DNA from: Negaprion brevirostris
Taxonomy: Eukaryota
Assembly (NCBI GenBank): GCA_030324005.1
Contig: JARDVH010000167.1
Span: 15,100,431 to 15,164,430 of the forward strand
Reading direction: 5' to 3'
DNA: 64,000 nucleotides
Below the pieces are notes generated by a model. The model did no database searches and had not been told where the DNA came from. It saw only the letters and a program-made list of their open reading frames with translations. This document shows positions 1 through 12,549 of this stretch, piece by piece (the stretch's first letter is position 1; each line of letters begins with the position of its first letter). The translations under genes and the position numbers were made by a program.

Positions 1-789
1 GAAGTTGCCTGGCAATTCAAATCCAATTGTCACGGGTGCTTGCCTGTAATCATAGATGTCAATGGGTCATAGAAGGCTGCTCAGCTCTACGTCTCTTGTG
101 ACCTGGCAGTAACAGGGTGCTTTCTAGGAATGCGCTGGACATGCTAATTGCTGGCCTCACACAATTCACCTATGCCTTGTCTGCCACAGGAGGAAGACAT
201 GTGACTGAACAGGCACTCCTCCCTTCACTTAGTTGGTTATGCCAAAAAATGTTGTGTGACCAAGCAGCACAGCCATTAATTGGAGGTTACCTTTGAACCC
301 TTTGCAAGTGTATGTCCCAAGCATTGACCTGTCATTCCCAGAAAGGCTGTAACATCACACAGATAATACTGATGTGAACCCCTCTGCAAGGCATGATGGT
401 GTTGTCTATCATCATACGCCCCAATCGAGGTCATGACAGGGTGTGTCAGGGTGCATACACTGGTAACTTGCAGCCACTCAACTGCTCTCTAACATGAAGG
501 TTTCTCTGAGGACTGTGGGGAGTAACTTGGACCTAGGGGGAATATGGGCATTTGATGCCTTTGAGACACTGGTAGATCCACACATTGCATCCTACTGGAG
601 TTGACAGAGACCAACCAATGTGGAGATGTTGTTATCGTGTCAGAGTGGAGGGTATGAGGAATGGTGTTGATGCACTGACTGAATGTGTTGCTCAAAATAA
701 TTCCAGAAGAATCAAGAGAGGAGAGTCAAGACTTTCTCCTGAAACCTTATAGTTAGTTCATTGTGGTTTTTTTGTTCTTTAAAGTGCAT

Positions 790-2330
790 GGTCGAAAGGA
801 TCATGGACCCTATCAAGTGGGCTACCATACTTGCTAGCATTGATCAGCAGCAGAGACATAGGACCTGGCCAGATCCAGCACCCTGCTGAGGAGGGAGATT
901 TTAGGCCTAACACTGTTCTGGGAGCAGCACCAAAATTGCATAGGTGTCAACCTAAGTTTTCTGACTTTTGTCATCATACCTGCAGATGTTAAAGATACAG
1001 TGCCACAGAAGACCGCGTCTGTCCAAAAAGATGGTGGACCACCTCTGTCAAACCCTGGAAGAGCCGGTACCACATAGATTGGGGGGACACCCACGGGGTG
1101 TTGCCCTTAAACTCAAAAGTTGCTCTGAATTTCTATTAGAGTGGCTCATTCCAGGGCAGCACAGGTGACCTGTGTGGCATCTCTGAGTCAGCCACACACA
1201 AATTCATCTGGGAGGTTACAATTGCCCTTTGTGCAAGGGCTCACATGTATACCAACTTGGATTGGAACCAAGTGAGCCAAAGTGCCAAGGCCATGTGCTT
1301 CATTGCCTTAGCAGGCTTGTTTCAGGTGCAAGGTTTGATTGACTCACCCACAAGGTCCTGTGCGCACCAGGGTATCACACAGCACCATTCATGAACAACA
1401 AGGTCCATTTTCAAGCCTGCTGCTGACACCACCATCGTGATTTGGATCTCAAACAATGACAAGACAGAGTATAGCAGACAGAGAATCTGGTGAATTGTAA
1501 GAAACTACAAATGGTTGTGAACATAGCTAAGTCCGTCACGCACAGCAGCTTCCAATCCACTGACCCGTCTACACTTTCCGCTGCCTCAGAAAAGCACCTA
1601 ATGTAATTAAGGACCCCACACATCCGGGACATCAGGAAAAAGATATAAAAGTCTGGAAACATGGACCAATCAACTCAAAAACAGATTCTCTTCTCTGCTG
1701 CCACGTATTAAGCTGATCTTTCTTTACATCCAATCTGCAACACTATATTCCGCACCCCCTCCTTTTCTTCTCCTTTACGTACTCAATGAACGATATGTTT
1801 TCTCTGTGTACCGCACAAGAAACAATACTGCAACCCAATATATGTGGCAATAACAGATCAAATCAAATTAAATCAAACAAGAGATCCCACTCTCTCAATG
1901 TGCAACTCATCTATGATCACACAATGCACTTCATGCACGTGTATGCCTATTTTCCAGGCAGCATCCATGACAGCTACATATTGCGACACTCTCAGATCCC
2001 AGCTGTCTTTGAGGGAGAGTGGTGACTGGAAGGATGGCTCCTCGGGGACAAGAGGCACCCACTCAGGAGGTGGCTAATGACACCAATGTGGAGGCCACAA
2101 ATGCCAGCGGAGGCCCATTACAATGAGGCTCACGTTGCAACATGCATGCTGGTCGAACATGTGATTGGCTGGCTGAACTGGTCAAGGGGTGCCCAACAAT
2201 ATCACCCTCAGAAGACCTCTGCATCATTATAGTCTGCTGTGTGCTCCACAACTTGGGGCTGCAGATGGGAGACTGCAGATGGGAGACCACCTGGACCTGG
2301 AGGAGATGAAGGAGTGCCACAGGTTGGAGG
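790..2330 (+). mobile_element. Degenerate PIF/Harbinger (HARBI1-like DDE) transposase, split by a LINE insertion
   Basis: Frame-shifted pieces read SYLQM..CHRRPRLSKKMVDHLC, GSFQGSTGDLCGISESATHKFIWEVT, FQVQGLID, HSLNVQLIYDH..FPGSIHDSYIL and GWLLGDK..WLMTP, typical of Harbinger transposases. Confidence 0.9.
1403..1875 (+). mobile_element. Internally deleted Rex1/Babar-like LINE fragment
   Basis: ADTTIV..ISNNDKTEY (decayed KFADDTTVVG RT motif) joined to the 3' end (KKLQ.VVN..IKDPTHPGH); (atcaa)n tail at about 1857-1875; aacaag duplicated at 1397-1402 and 1876-1881. Confidence 0.8.
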
Positions 2331-2338
2331 CCTGTTGC

Positions 2339-3410
2339 TCACAGGGAAGGGTTGTAAGATGAGTTGGAGATGCCCAGAGCTCGCTGGTTAGAGGGCCCTG
2401 GACGGTACACCTGTTGATCCTCTTCTGCTGGGGTTCCTAGAGACCTCTGTGCTCCTCCAGGGGAGAGAGGTGCAGCTGGAGTGAGATCCAGAAGACTAGC
2501 CAACTTATGGCATTGACCCTCGTGGATTCCCACCAGTGCCTGAAACTTGCAGTTGAAATCCTGCACCGTGGAACTCACACTCTGCACCCTGAGCATTGGT
2601 TCAGACATCTCCTGCCATGGAGTGCATGTCCTGCACCAAGGTCTTCACTGTGGATGCCACCCTCACAGTGATCATCTCAATATGCTCAGTGACAACACCA
2701 TCTCCTTGGACAGAATGCAATGGGACTCTCCCAATTGGCTTTGCACTCCAAAGAGGGCTGCTGTCATCTCAAGGTACTTGTGACTCTGCTTTTACAGCTC
2801 CAGCAGCTATGAGATGATCAGGCATAGGGGCACATCATCAGCAAGAGACTCAATGGGGTCTCGAGCTCTGGCATCCTTCTAAGTGTCGGTTCTCTGGGAT
2901 GTCCCTGTCTCCGCCTGCTGTAGTTCTTCAGCTGCAAGGTGCTCGCCAGTGAGTGACCCAGAAGCCTGCCTACTTATTGATCCCACCAGTATGTGAGTAT
3001 CTGCACTGGTGCTGGGTGCAAATGACAACTGTGGCACCTCTTCAATGGTGGAGTTAGAGAAGACCCTTCTGAGCTGCTGGAGTTTGGTGGTTTCAGGGGG
3101 CGTGAGGATGGTGAGGCCTGTTCCACTGGTCAGCCTGCAAGAGAAGGGACATGACATCAATGTGTTACAAGGGATACAGTGGGAACATTGATTACTCACT
3201 TGATGCTGAAGAAATGACAGCTTATGTGTCAAAGATTCTCACATTTTTCTGCTGTCCCCACTTCACCAGCAGCACAGGCATGCACTTGCTCCTCCCCAGC
3301 CAGGTCGAGGCTCGCTCCTCAAAACATGTGAAAGTTCTCAGCTCAGGCATGACTCTAGCTGGCTGCGCCCACTCATGCCTGTTGTGGTTTGTCCTTCAGT
3401 AACACAGAGA
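2339..3410 (-). mobile_element. Remnant of the Harbinger second (Myb/SANT-type) ORF, convergent with the transposase
   Basis: S/T/Q/E-rich minus-strand ORF pieces (2879-3232, 2339-2608) facing the transposase; same layout as the element at 41-44 kb. Confidence 0.55.
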
Positions 3411-4059
3411 GGAAGACTATAGGTAGGATAGGTAGGTTGGGGGGTGGGGGGGNNNNNNNNNNNNNNNNNNNNNNNNNNNNNNNNNNNNNNNNNNNNNNNN
3501 NNNNNNNNNNNNNNNNNNNNNNNNNNNNNNNNNNNNNNNNNNNNNNNNNNNNNNNNNNNNNNNNNNNNNNNNNNNNNNNNNNNNNNNNNNNNNNNNNNNN
3601 NNNNNNNNNNNNNNNNNNNNNNNNNNNNNNNNNNNNNNNNNNNNNNNNNNNNNNNNNNNNNNNNNNNNNNNNNNNNNNNNNNNNNNNNNNNNNNNNNNNN
3701 NNNNNNNNNNNNNNNNNNNNNNNNNNNNNNNNNNNNNNNNNNNNNNNNNNNNNNNNNNNNNNNNNNNNNNNNNNNNNNNNNNNNNNNNNNNNNNNNNNNN
3801 NNNNNNNNNNNNNNNNNNNNNNNNNNNNNNNNNNNNNNNNNNNNNNNNNNNNNNNNNNNNNNNNNNNNNNNNNNNNNNNNNNNNNNNNNNNNNNNNNNNN
3901 NNNNNNNNNNNNNNNNNNNNNNNNNNNNNNNNNNNNNNNNNNNNNNNNNNNNNNNNNNNNNNNNNNNNNNNNNNNNNNNNNNNNNNNNNNNNNNNNNNNN
4001 NNNNNNNNNNNNNNNNNNNNNNNNNNNNNNNNNNNNNNNNNNNNNNNNNNNNNNNNNNN

Positions 4060-4585
4060 ATCTCCTTTAAACCTTGCCCCTCACACCTTAAACCTGTGCC
4101 CCCTAGTAATTGACTCTTCCACCCTGGGAAAATGCTCCTACTATTCATTCTGTCCATGCCTCTCATAATCTTGTAGACTTCTATCAGGTCACCCCTCAAC
4201 CTCTGTCATCCCAGTGAAAACAAACCAAGTTTCTCCAATTTCTCCTCATAGCTAATGCCCTGCATACCAGACAACATCCTGGTAAAACTTCTCTGCACCC
4301 TCTCCAAAGTCTCCACATCCTTCTGGTAGTGTGGTGACCAGAGTTGAATACTATATTCCAAGTGTGGCCTAACTAAGGTTCAATAAAGCTACAACATGAC
4401 TTGCCAAGTTTTCAACTCAGTGCCCCAGCTGATGAAGGCAAGCTTGCTGTATGCCTTCTTGACTACCTTCTCTACCTGCATTGCCACTTTCAGTGACCTG
4501 TGTACCTGTACACCTAGGTCCCTTTGCCTATCAACACTCTGAAGGGTTCTGCCATTTACTGTATATTTCCTATTTGTATTAGACC
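4060..4585 (-). mobile_element. CR1 LINE ORF2 C-terminal fragment
   Basis: YTVNGRTLQSVDRQRDLGVQVHRSLKV and LRGDLIEVYKIMRGMDR-like motifs; runs into an N gap. Confidence 0.9.
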
Positions 4586-4619
4586 TACTTGTATCACTAC
4601 TGGTATTCAACCTATTTGT

Positions 4620-4922
4620 ATCACCAGACTATTCATCCAGAAACTCGGCAAATGTTCTGGGGACTCGGGTTCGAGTTCCACCACAGCAGATGGAGGAATT
4701 TGAATTCAATAAAAAATATTTGGAATTAAGAATCTGCTGATGACCACATTTGCTGATGTCCTTCAGCGAAGGAAATCTGCCATCCTTACCTGGTCTGGCC
4801 TACATGTGACTCCAGAACCACAGCAATGTGATTGACTGTCAATTGCCCTCAGGCAATTCGGGATGGACGATAAATGCTGGCCAGCCAGTAATGCCCAAGT
4901 CCCACCAAGGAATAAAATAAAA
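4620..4922 (+). mobile_element. tRNA-derived SINE with a LINE-shared 3' tail
   Basis: B-box-like gggttcgagttcc; core gaaggaaatctgccatccttacctggtctggcctacatgtgactccaga shared with the copy at 51782-52165; tail gggatgg..aaatgctggcc..gcccaagtccc. Confidence 0.75.
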
Positions 4923-5524
4923 TCACACATGACTGATTAGAGCTACAGTAGAAATATCCTTTGTTTTCTCTGTATACTCTCTTTTTTTTGCTCCATAGCC
5001 ATTTGCACTCTTTGTTCTGTTGAAATGAGGTGAATTTGATACAAAATGTACTGGGCTGACAGTTTTCAAGATGTGAAAGAACAGAAACAACCAACTCACA
5101 TTAAGTTTTCAAAAAGTCCTTTCAGAATCTTAAATGGAACTTTTTTTTCAAAATTTAAGTTATCTATATACACAGGCACTGGAATTACAAATATTTTATA
5201 ATCTTGAAGTGTAACCATGATTAGATATTTAGCAAGGCTTTACAGATGACATAAGTCTTGTTGAAATACATCATCATTTAATTTGTGGCACCATGGCAAA
5301 AATGATGTATTGCTTTTCAGCCTATCTTACCTGCCATGCAGGAAAGGTTTGACAAATACTTTTTCATGAAGACATTGCCCCTCTAATGAAAAGATCTGAT
5401 ACCAAATTAGATTATAAGTTTACCATTGTGCTGTAGTCATCACTGACAATTTGAGAGTATCAGGTTTGTATCAGTAATATCAGGTTCCCATCTTTTAAGA
5501 ATTGTCTTGCATAAGATAGAGGTT

Positions 5525-6575
5525 GGCCAGGATTCTCCTGTTTTCATTTTAAGTGCTCCTGTCAGTGGGAAAAACTAGAGTGTTTCCTGATGGCATTAAC
5601 AATGCATGTCAGGTGGGAATCTCCAAACTTTAGCATGTAAAAATGTTCAAAACATTAAGCACGCCAGTTACTCTGACTTTACAGAGATAGGGGTGCTCTT
5701 TCTAAAGGACATCCTGATCTCTGGGACGCAGGCCCCCACACAACAGAAATGGTGACCCTTGATGACCAGGGGAGCAGCCCCAACCCCTCAGCACAGAGGG
5801 CCACTCTACCCCTCATCACTGAAAGAATGGGTCACCCTTGCAACATCATGCAGGCACTAGGGCAAACTGACTCCCACCCCTGTTCTTACCCCCCCAGGCC
5901 GAGGCCCTCCCGCTACTCTGGCAAGAGACACTCCCCACAATGGGTTCCCACAGGCCCACTCACTTCTGGCACCCCTTCAGGTGCAGCCCATTAAAGCCCG
6001 CACTCTGGCAGTGCCAACAGTGCACTCTCATACCACTGTGGCAGTGAAATCCTGACAGTGGCACTTGGACTCGGAGTGAGGGGGAATGCATCACGGTTAA
6101 ATGCATCTTGAGTGTTCACTACAATGTCTATAAGAATTGCAGCTGGGGCACTGTTGGTTCTGTTATGAAAAACTTAGTGATTCCCGTCTTCTTGGACCAA
6201 ATCTTACAACTCATTACTAATAATTTTTACCCCCAACAGAATCATGCTGCTCTTGCAGTGTGTTCCCTCTGATTCACCTGCCCTGCAATGACTTAGCTGC
6301 TGCAAGTATTGGGGAGCTCAATATAACCAGCTCCCAGTACTTATTCCACAATGATTGCAGGGCATGGCAGGCAAGAAGGCCACACCATGCTTTTTGGAAG
6401 GGACACTCACGAGGATGTTGGATGGAGTGGAGCAAAGATGGGATATCCCCTACCCCTGCTCCAGAAGACAGCCTTCCAGTAGAGTCACTAACCCTGCCTG
6501 GGATGCAGTGGTCAGTGCAAGCACTCTCCAGAAGAGGACAGGACTACAGTGCTGGAAGAAAATGAGTGATCAGTA
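5525..6575 (+). mobile_element. Harbinger-type terminus plus Myb/SANT-like DNA-binding domain remnant
   Basis: TIR-like ggccaggattctcc at 5525; ORF piece MAGKKATPCF..LTRMLDGVEQR..AWDAVVSASTLQKRTGLQCWKKMSD fits the Harbinger Myb/SANT (NAIF1-like) pattern. Confidence 0.75.
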
Positions 6576-7949
6576 TATGCAACAATTTCTGTTGACGAAT
6601 ATGCAAATTTTATTCTAGCCACTCATACAATTTGGGGTTATTCGAATCTATGATGTTCATAACCAGGATGGAATAAGTGTAACCCAAGGAATGTGGTGCC
6701 ACAGACTGCCTGAGTTCATTTGTAGTTTTAAAATTTGTCGTTTGTACCAGAATTATGAATCTCAAAGCTCAGTTGAATGTCTTTTCAAAGACAATTTAGA
6801 GTCATAGCAAGCTGATATCAATAATGACATTCCATAAAAAGAACATATAAAAATATCTGAAGATATTTGGTGAAGACATTTGAAACACTACAGGCAGAAG
6901 TGTAGCGTTGCATTTCCTTTATCTTTCAATGAATGTTGCAAAAAAAAAATAATTTTTTTAGTGGTATTGCCAACTGGCAAAGTATTTTGTAATATTTTAT
7001 CATGCAAACAATAAGTAATGTGTTATCTCACCAACCATCACTGTCATGATTATGGCAATCTCCATTACCCATAATCCATTCTGCAGGGAACCACATTGTT
7101 CAATCATGGAAATTGGCAAATAATCAGTAAACCCAGATTTTGGTCTTAAAATTCTGATTTAAACAAGCACAATACAAATGGCTCGAATAGTTTTTTTTGC
7201 ATAAAGTGGTGATCATCTATTGTAAAATGAGGGAGTTCTTTGTGTAAGATAATCTTGCAAATTCCATCAGAAAAATCAGGAAACAGAAAATGGACCATAG
7301 ATAATGGAGATTCCATAGCACCAGATGAAAAGAAAAGTTCACATTCTTTCAGGTTTCGGCGATATTTTCTAATATTTGGAGGATGTATAAATTAGTCATA
7401 AATATGCATACATATCGGTTGCACAAATAAAGGTATGCACAGTGTAAACTTTGGGGATGTCATTAATCCGACCAGCCCAGCAAAAATTGGGTCACTGAGC
7501 AGTTAAGATCATCAAAATTATGTATCCGTCCTGGATTTCCCATAAGGTAACATTTAAGTATTCTCAACTCGTCCACTGAGCAAGTGCAAATAATATCTTC
7601 CCAAAACTCACAGGGTCCTTTTTCATTACATGCATACCATTTCCTGAGGATATCATCAAGATCTAACAGCAGTATTTGCTGGACACCTGAGCAGAAAGCA
7701 ACAGTCAATTTCCCGCCAGTAAAGGAGCAATTGGATTTTTAGTAAATCTTTTTTGTGCTCTCTGTGCGCCACAACTATCTTAGGTTGCTCCTGCTGTGAT
7801 CTTGAGCCACTGTCCCCTCCAAATTGTGAAGCCCCAATGGGACAACACTGCAGCTAATTCTATGGATTACCCACTCCACAGAGGTCTGTCAATTAGTACC
7901 ACTTCCTGGCAATGTCCCAGTTGAAAGTTGTTGAAAGCATTTATTTTTA

Positions 7950-8130
7950 CACACACTTTTCCCATTTGAGGACTAGTGGAGAGTGGTGGAAGGATTTCCA
8001 GGTGATTATTAGCTTACTGAACCACGCCATGAATGCTTCTTCTATGGCCAACAAGTCTTGACATGGGACCTGAGCCCAGAGCTACTGGCTCAAAGATAGG
8101 GACGTTTTCATTGTGCCACAAGACCTCACA
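7950..8130 (-). mobile_element. Old tRNA-derived SINE head
   Basis: Minus strand has A-box-like tggcacaatg and B-box-like gggctcaggtccc. Confidence 0.45.
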
Positions 8131-8551
8131 TAGGTATTTAAATGAGTTTCAGGAGCACAGATAAAGCAGACATCATTTTTGCAGGAGTGGATGAGTTTTG
8201 AATTGTTATCTAAGCTTGTTTGTTGAAAATTGAACTCCATTTAATATTGGGATCTATGAAACTTAAATTAGATTCATCCTGAAAATGGCTGTGGAGAGTG
8301 TGCCTGCAGATATTAATGATTGCTGCATGCAGCCAGTGCTACTTATGTAATTAATTGGTTGCTGAATAATGAAGGGAGGGGCTGATATTGCAAGTGCAAG
8401 GTGTGAGTTAAAGGCATTTGCACCTCTTCAAACGGAGGTGCACTGTGGTTGTTCAGAGTAGTTCAGGAAGTCAAGTTTCTTTCACAGAAACTTACAGCAC
8501 AGAAAAAAGGCCATTGTGACTCTTTGAAGGTTAAGTCAAGCTTATATTTTA

Positions 8552-8850
8552 GTGGCATGGTGGTACAATAGTTAGCACTGTTGCCTCACAGTGCCAGGGA
8601 CTGAGGTTCAATTCCAGCCTCGGGTCACTGTCCATGTGGACTTTGTCCTTTCTCCCCGTGTCTGTGTGGGTTTCCTCTCACAGTCCAAAGATGTGCAAGT
8701 TAGGTTGACTGGCTATGTTAAATTGACCCTAGTGTTGTAGGATTAGCAGAATAAATGTGTGGGGTTACGGGGATAGGGCCGAGATGGGATTGTGATTGGT
8801 ATGAATTCAATGGGCCAAATGCCCTCCTTCTGTAATGTAAGGATTCTATG
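8552..8850 (+). mobile_element. HE1-type V-SINE with CR1-like tail
   Basis: ggtggtacaatagttagcactgttgcctcacag head, V-domain tctccccgtgtctgtgtgggtttcc, tail gggccaaatgccctccttctgt..gattctatg. Confidence 0.9.
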
Positions 8851-8993
8851 CTTCATCCCACACCTTAACTTTTTGTTTTGTAGCCTTGTAAGTCCCACAT
8901 CCTCAAGCACCCATCCAACTCTCTTTTAAACCTGTTCATTCTAAATAGTTTACCCCACCTTTCGATCCCTTTCAGATCCCTTAAACTGTGAGG
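8851..8993 (-). mobile_element. CR1 LINE 3' end remnant
   Basis: FKRELDGCLR..LQGY-type CR1 C-terminus on the minus strand. Confidence 0.6.
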
Positions 8994-9252
8994 NNNNNNN
9001 NNNNNNNNNNNNNNNNNNNNNNNNNNNNNNNNNNNNNNNNNNNNNNNNNNNNNNNNNNNNNNNNNNNNNNNNNNNNNNNNNNNNNNNNNNNNNNNNNNNN
9101 NNNNNNNNNNNNNNNNNNNNNNNNNNNNNNNNNNNNNNNNNNNNNNNNNNNNNNNNNNNNNNNNNNNNNNNNNNNNNNNNNNNNNNNNNNNNNNNNNNNN
9201 NNNNNNNNNNNNNNNNNNNNNNNNNNNNNNNNNNNNNNNNNNNNNNNNNNNN

Positions 9253-9375
9253 AGGAGCAGCACTCCGAAAGCTAGTGGATTTTGCTACCAAATAAACCTG
9301 TTGGACTTTAACCTGGTGTTGTGAGACTTCTTACATTGTTTATGCAGTCCAATTCTGGTATCTCCACATCATGGC
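9253..9375 (+). mobile_element. Penelope-derived terminal-repeat fragment carrying the 3' half of a hammerhead motif
   Basis: aggagcagcactcc-gaaa-gcta followed by sequence nearly identical to the arms at 58913-59116; 5' part lies in the N gap. Confidence 0.7.
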
Positions 9376-9799
9376 TACTCAATCAAAACCGTAATCTGAT
9401 AACATTTTACATTTTGGTGGAACGTCATCATATTTTTTTTAAAGTGTCAGACTCAGATGGTGTGTACAAACCAGTTCTCTCTCCAGATTTTGAGCCTCTA
9501 TGATTGAATAATGAGTGGTCAGGGTTTACACTGTCATTCTGACACCACAGAGACATTGACAGAGTTCTTCTCACCACCCACTCTCTGCTATTCCTGCAAG
9601 TCTCAGTACCACCCCCGCTGACGTGGCATCGATGAGGTTTGAATAATCAGTAAGGGGGTTCATGTGGCGGGGAGCTGACTAATAATATTAAAATGTATTC
9701 AAATCTATTAAAATAAGGTTCTTGTCCTTTGTGATCTAATGACATCACCATCAAATCATATGACCAGCTCTTAAAGCAATCATGAAAACAAATTATTAC

Positions 9800-12485
9800 A
9801 TGGGATCAATAATATTCTAGTTACAGCAGAAACATCATTAATCAGTCTATGCAGTCAATAAGAAATTCAATCAGGAGGATGTCTATTCCTCTTTGGTTGA
9901 ATATAACGTTCTGGAATTTGGTTGTTCTTGACCCTAGTAGTATGATTTGGAACTTCAGTAGACAGTTCTTCTCTTGGAACTAATTTTGTATCATTTTCAA
10001 GTAGTATAGTAAGCAAAGGGCATAATCTTACAGAAAAATTTCTAAAGGCATGACCTTCCAACATCGTCCCTCCTGACTCTCAGTGAGACAAGGTGATAAG
10101 ATTGGGTAGGAGACGTAAAATCAGGTTTGCCCCTGGTTTTTCATCTCACCCGATTGTCCCAGCAGTATTTTGTCCATAAAATTGGCTTCACGCTCAGAAA
10201 GGGTGCAAAGCTGACTTAAATATTAATGACACCATTTGAATGTCATTAATAAGTCCCGGATGCTATCGTCTGGGTTCACTTACCTTTACCACCTCGCCAG
10301 CTGAGAATGTCCCCAGTAAGAATCATGTATGGTCCCCACTAACTGCCATGCCTCCCACCTGCTCAATGAACATCACCAACCCCAGCCCCCACTGATCACC
10401 ACCCCTGCAGAATTCCCCCCTTCCATCTGCCGATCATCCCCATTTGTAGAGTTCTCTCTGCTGGTGGAGACCAGCTGTGATTCTCGCTGATGAGGAACAC
10501 AAATGGTAAGCAGGTAAATGCAAGTGAGCTCGGGACTCACTAATGACATGTAAATTATGTCTGAAGTTTCTGGAAATAATAACAAATCAAATGTAGTTCT
10601 CAACTTTCTCTTTAAGAGTAGTAATGCAGGTGAACTTTGGGTCATCACATGAGTACTGTTTCTATAAGATGCCAAAAAGCTGTTCACATGATGTGACAAT
10701 GAACCTTGCTCTTTTGAAGCTTTTAAAGAATGTTTCAAGAATTGTATTAATCTTTCAGCTAATCTGTTGGTTGAAGGATGACAAGATATGATTTTTATAT
10801 GCTGAATACCATTTACTTTGAGATAATCCTTAAACTGTTGTGAAGTAAATGATGAACCATTGTGGCTAATAAGCTGTTCCAGTTTACCATGTCTTGCAAA
10901 GGTTTCATCAAGTTTTTTAATGGTTTGTTCAGATGTAGTAGATCTCATGATAACAACTCTTAGCCAATTTGAGAATGCATCAGTTATGACTAAGAACATT
11001 TAATCCTGAAAGAGACAAACAAAATCTATGTGAGACTGTTGCCATTAGCACTTTAAACCATTCCCAAGGTGTAAAGGGACAATGGTAGTGTATTTCTAAC
11101 GGTTTCAATAATGTAGCTAAGTTCAAAACAAATTTGCCATAATAATTCACTGATCCTAGAAAAGACCTCAATTGCATCACATTCATCAGACATGCTACTT
11201 CTAGAATATCATCTTTTTACTATCAATAACCCAAATACTGAACTGATGCCTGGAAAAAGTCACACTTTTTTTTCTTGATATACAGACCATATGCTTGAAG
11301 ATGTTCAAAATTATTTAAGTGTCCTTGTTCACTAGACCCTGTAATTAGATTTTCATTTAGGTAACATTGTACACCAAAGAGACTACTTAAAATCTGATCC
11401 ATCGATCTTTGAAATAGGGCTGGTGTGAATATTATTCCAAAAGACAATCTTTTACAACAGAAAAGGAACATGAGTAATGATTGTAAGCAATGTTTGCAAT
11501 TCATTGGCTATATTCATCTGTAAGTTTGCTTATGAAAGATCAATTTTGCTGAATTTCTGCCCACCTGATAACCCATTAATCTTCCATTAAAGGAAGCGTA
11601 TATTGATCAGTGCACAACACTGGATTTATGGTTGCTTTAAAATCATCACAAATATAAACTGAACCATCTGGTTTCAATGACAGACATGATGGGAGAAACA
11701 CAGTCACTCATTGTAATTGGCTTCAATACACCAGTGTCATAAGTCATAGCAATTCTTTGACCTTAGGATGCATTGCATATGGCACTGTTCTTGCTTTGAG
11801 ACTTTTTGGTTGACTATTATGGTTTATGAGTTTCAGTTGAACTCTCTTTATTGAGCCCAGTTTCTCTTTTGCATTTAGCCAAAAGCTTCTGCAGGTCTGT
11901 TTTGATATCAACCAATCTATTGACAGTATTTCATTTAAGCTTTATCTTCTCCAACCATGATCTTCCGAGTAGAATTGGAAAATTACCACAAACCACATAA
12001 AGAGGCAACTCCGCTGTTTGTCCACTCAACTTCACATTGATTATGATGGTACATCATGGTACAATCTCTAACGTGGATATCCTTCAGATCACGTCAGCAG
12101 GTTTTGAAGGAAGATGTTTCATCGTTTATTTGAGTGTACTGTTGGGAACTAAAGATACAGCAGCAATAGTGTCAACCTCCACCCTAATATATTCATTTAA
12201 ATTCACAACCACCCAGAACCTATGTGGGGATAGAATGTTCAATTGGAGCTCTTTATTATATCTCTTCTTCATAGTCATAATTCTTCCATGTCGAAAATTC
12301 TTTTTGTAGAGTACAACTTGTGCTTCGTCTTGAAGGTATCCAGATTCTTCTTCTGAATATTCTTCTCAGGGAAAGCTGATCTAGCCCAATGAGCTTTTGC
12401 AATGTGACCCATTTTGCCACAATTCTTGCATTAACTATCCTTGCTCCAATATTCACTCATGGAATGGCCCATTTTGGCATATCTC
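9800..12485 (-). mobile_element. Degenerate Ty3/Gypsy gag-pol with internal deletions; no LTR recognised
   Basis: Zn-knuckle remnant near 12400-12480, protease (VEVDTIAAVS), RT (RLSFGI..PALFQRSMDQIL..VQCYLN), LRSFLGSVNYYGKF, integrase ORF 10373-10999 (FLVITDAFS..HNGSSF..HPSTNRLAER), C-terminal PKRNRHPPD. Confidence 0.92.
10060..10550. mobile_element. Harbinger-like non-autonomous fragment inserted in the Gypsy integrase
   Basis: GC-richer segment interrupting the AT-rich Gypsy; resembles other Harbinger subterminal sequence in the window. Confidence 0.5.
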
Positions 12486-12549
12486 TAGAGTGGTAGGACA
12501 GTAAAGGACCAGTGATATTTTTTGTTTTACATAAATGACTTGGACTTTA

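Noticed and set aside
3389-4199. Long ORFs of 208-260 aa in the track
   Set aside because: Artefacts of reading through an N gap; the same applies to the ORFs at 8.9-9.3, 24.0, 30.9, 51.4 and 53.7 kb
8552-8625. tRNA gene-like A and B boxes (also in other SINE heads)
   Set aside because: They are SINE heads continuing into V-domain and tail, with no full cloverleaf
10373-10999. 208-aa integrase ORF as an active or domesticated gene
   Set aside because: Catalytic region is degraded (HNG for DNG) and the C-terminus runs into an unrelated insertion
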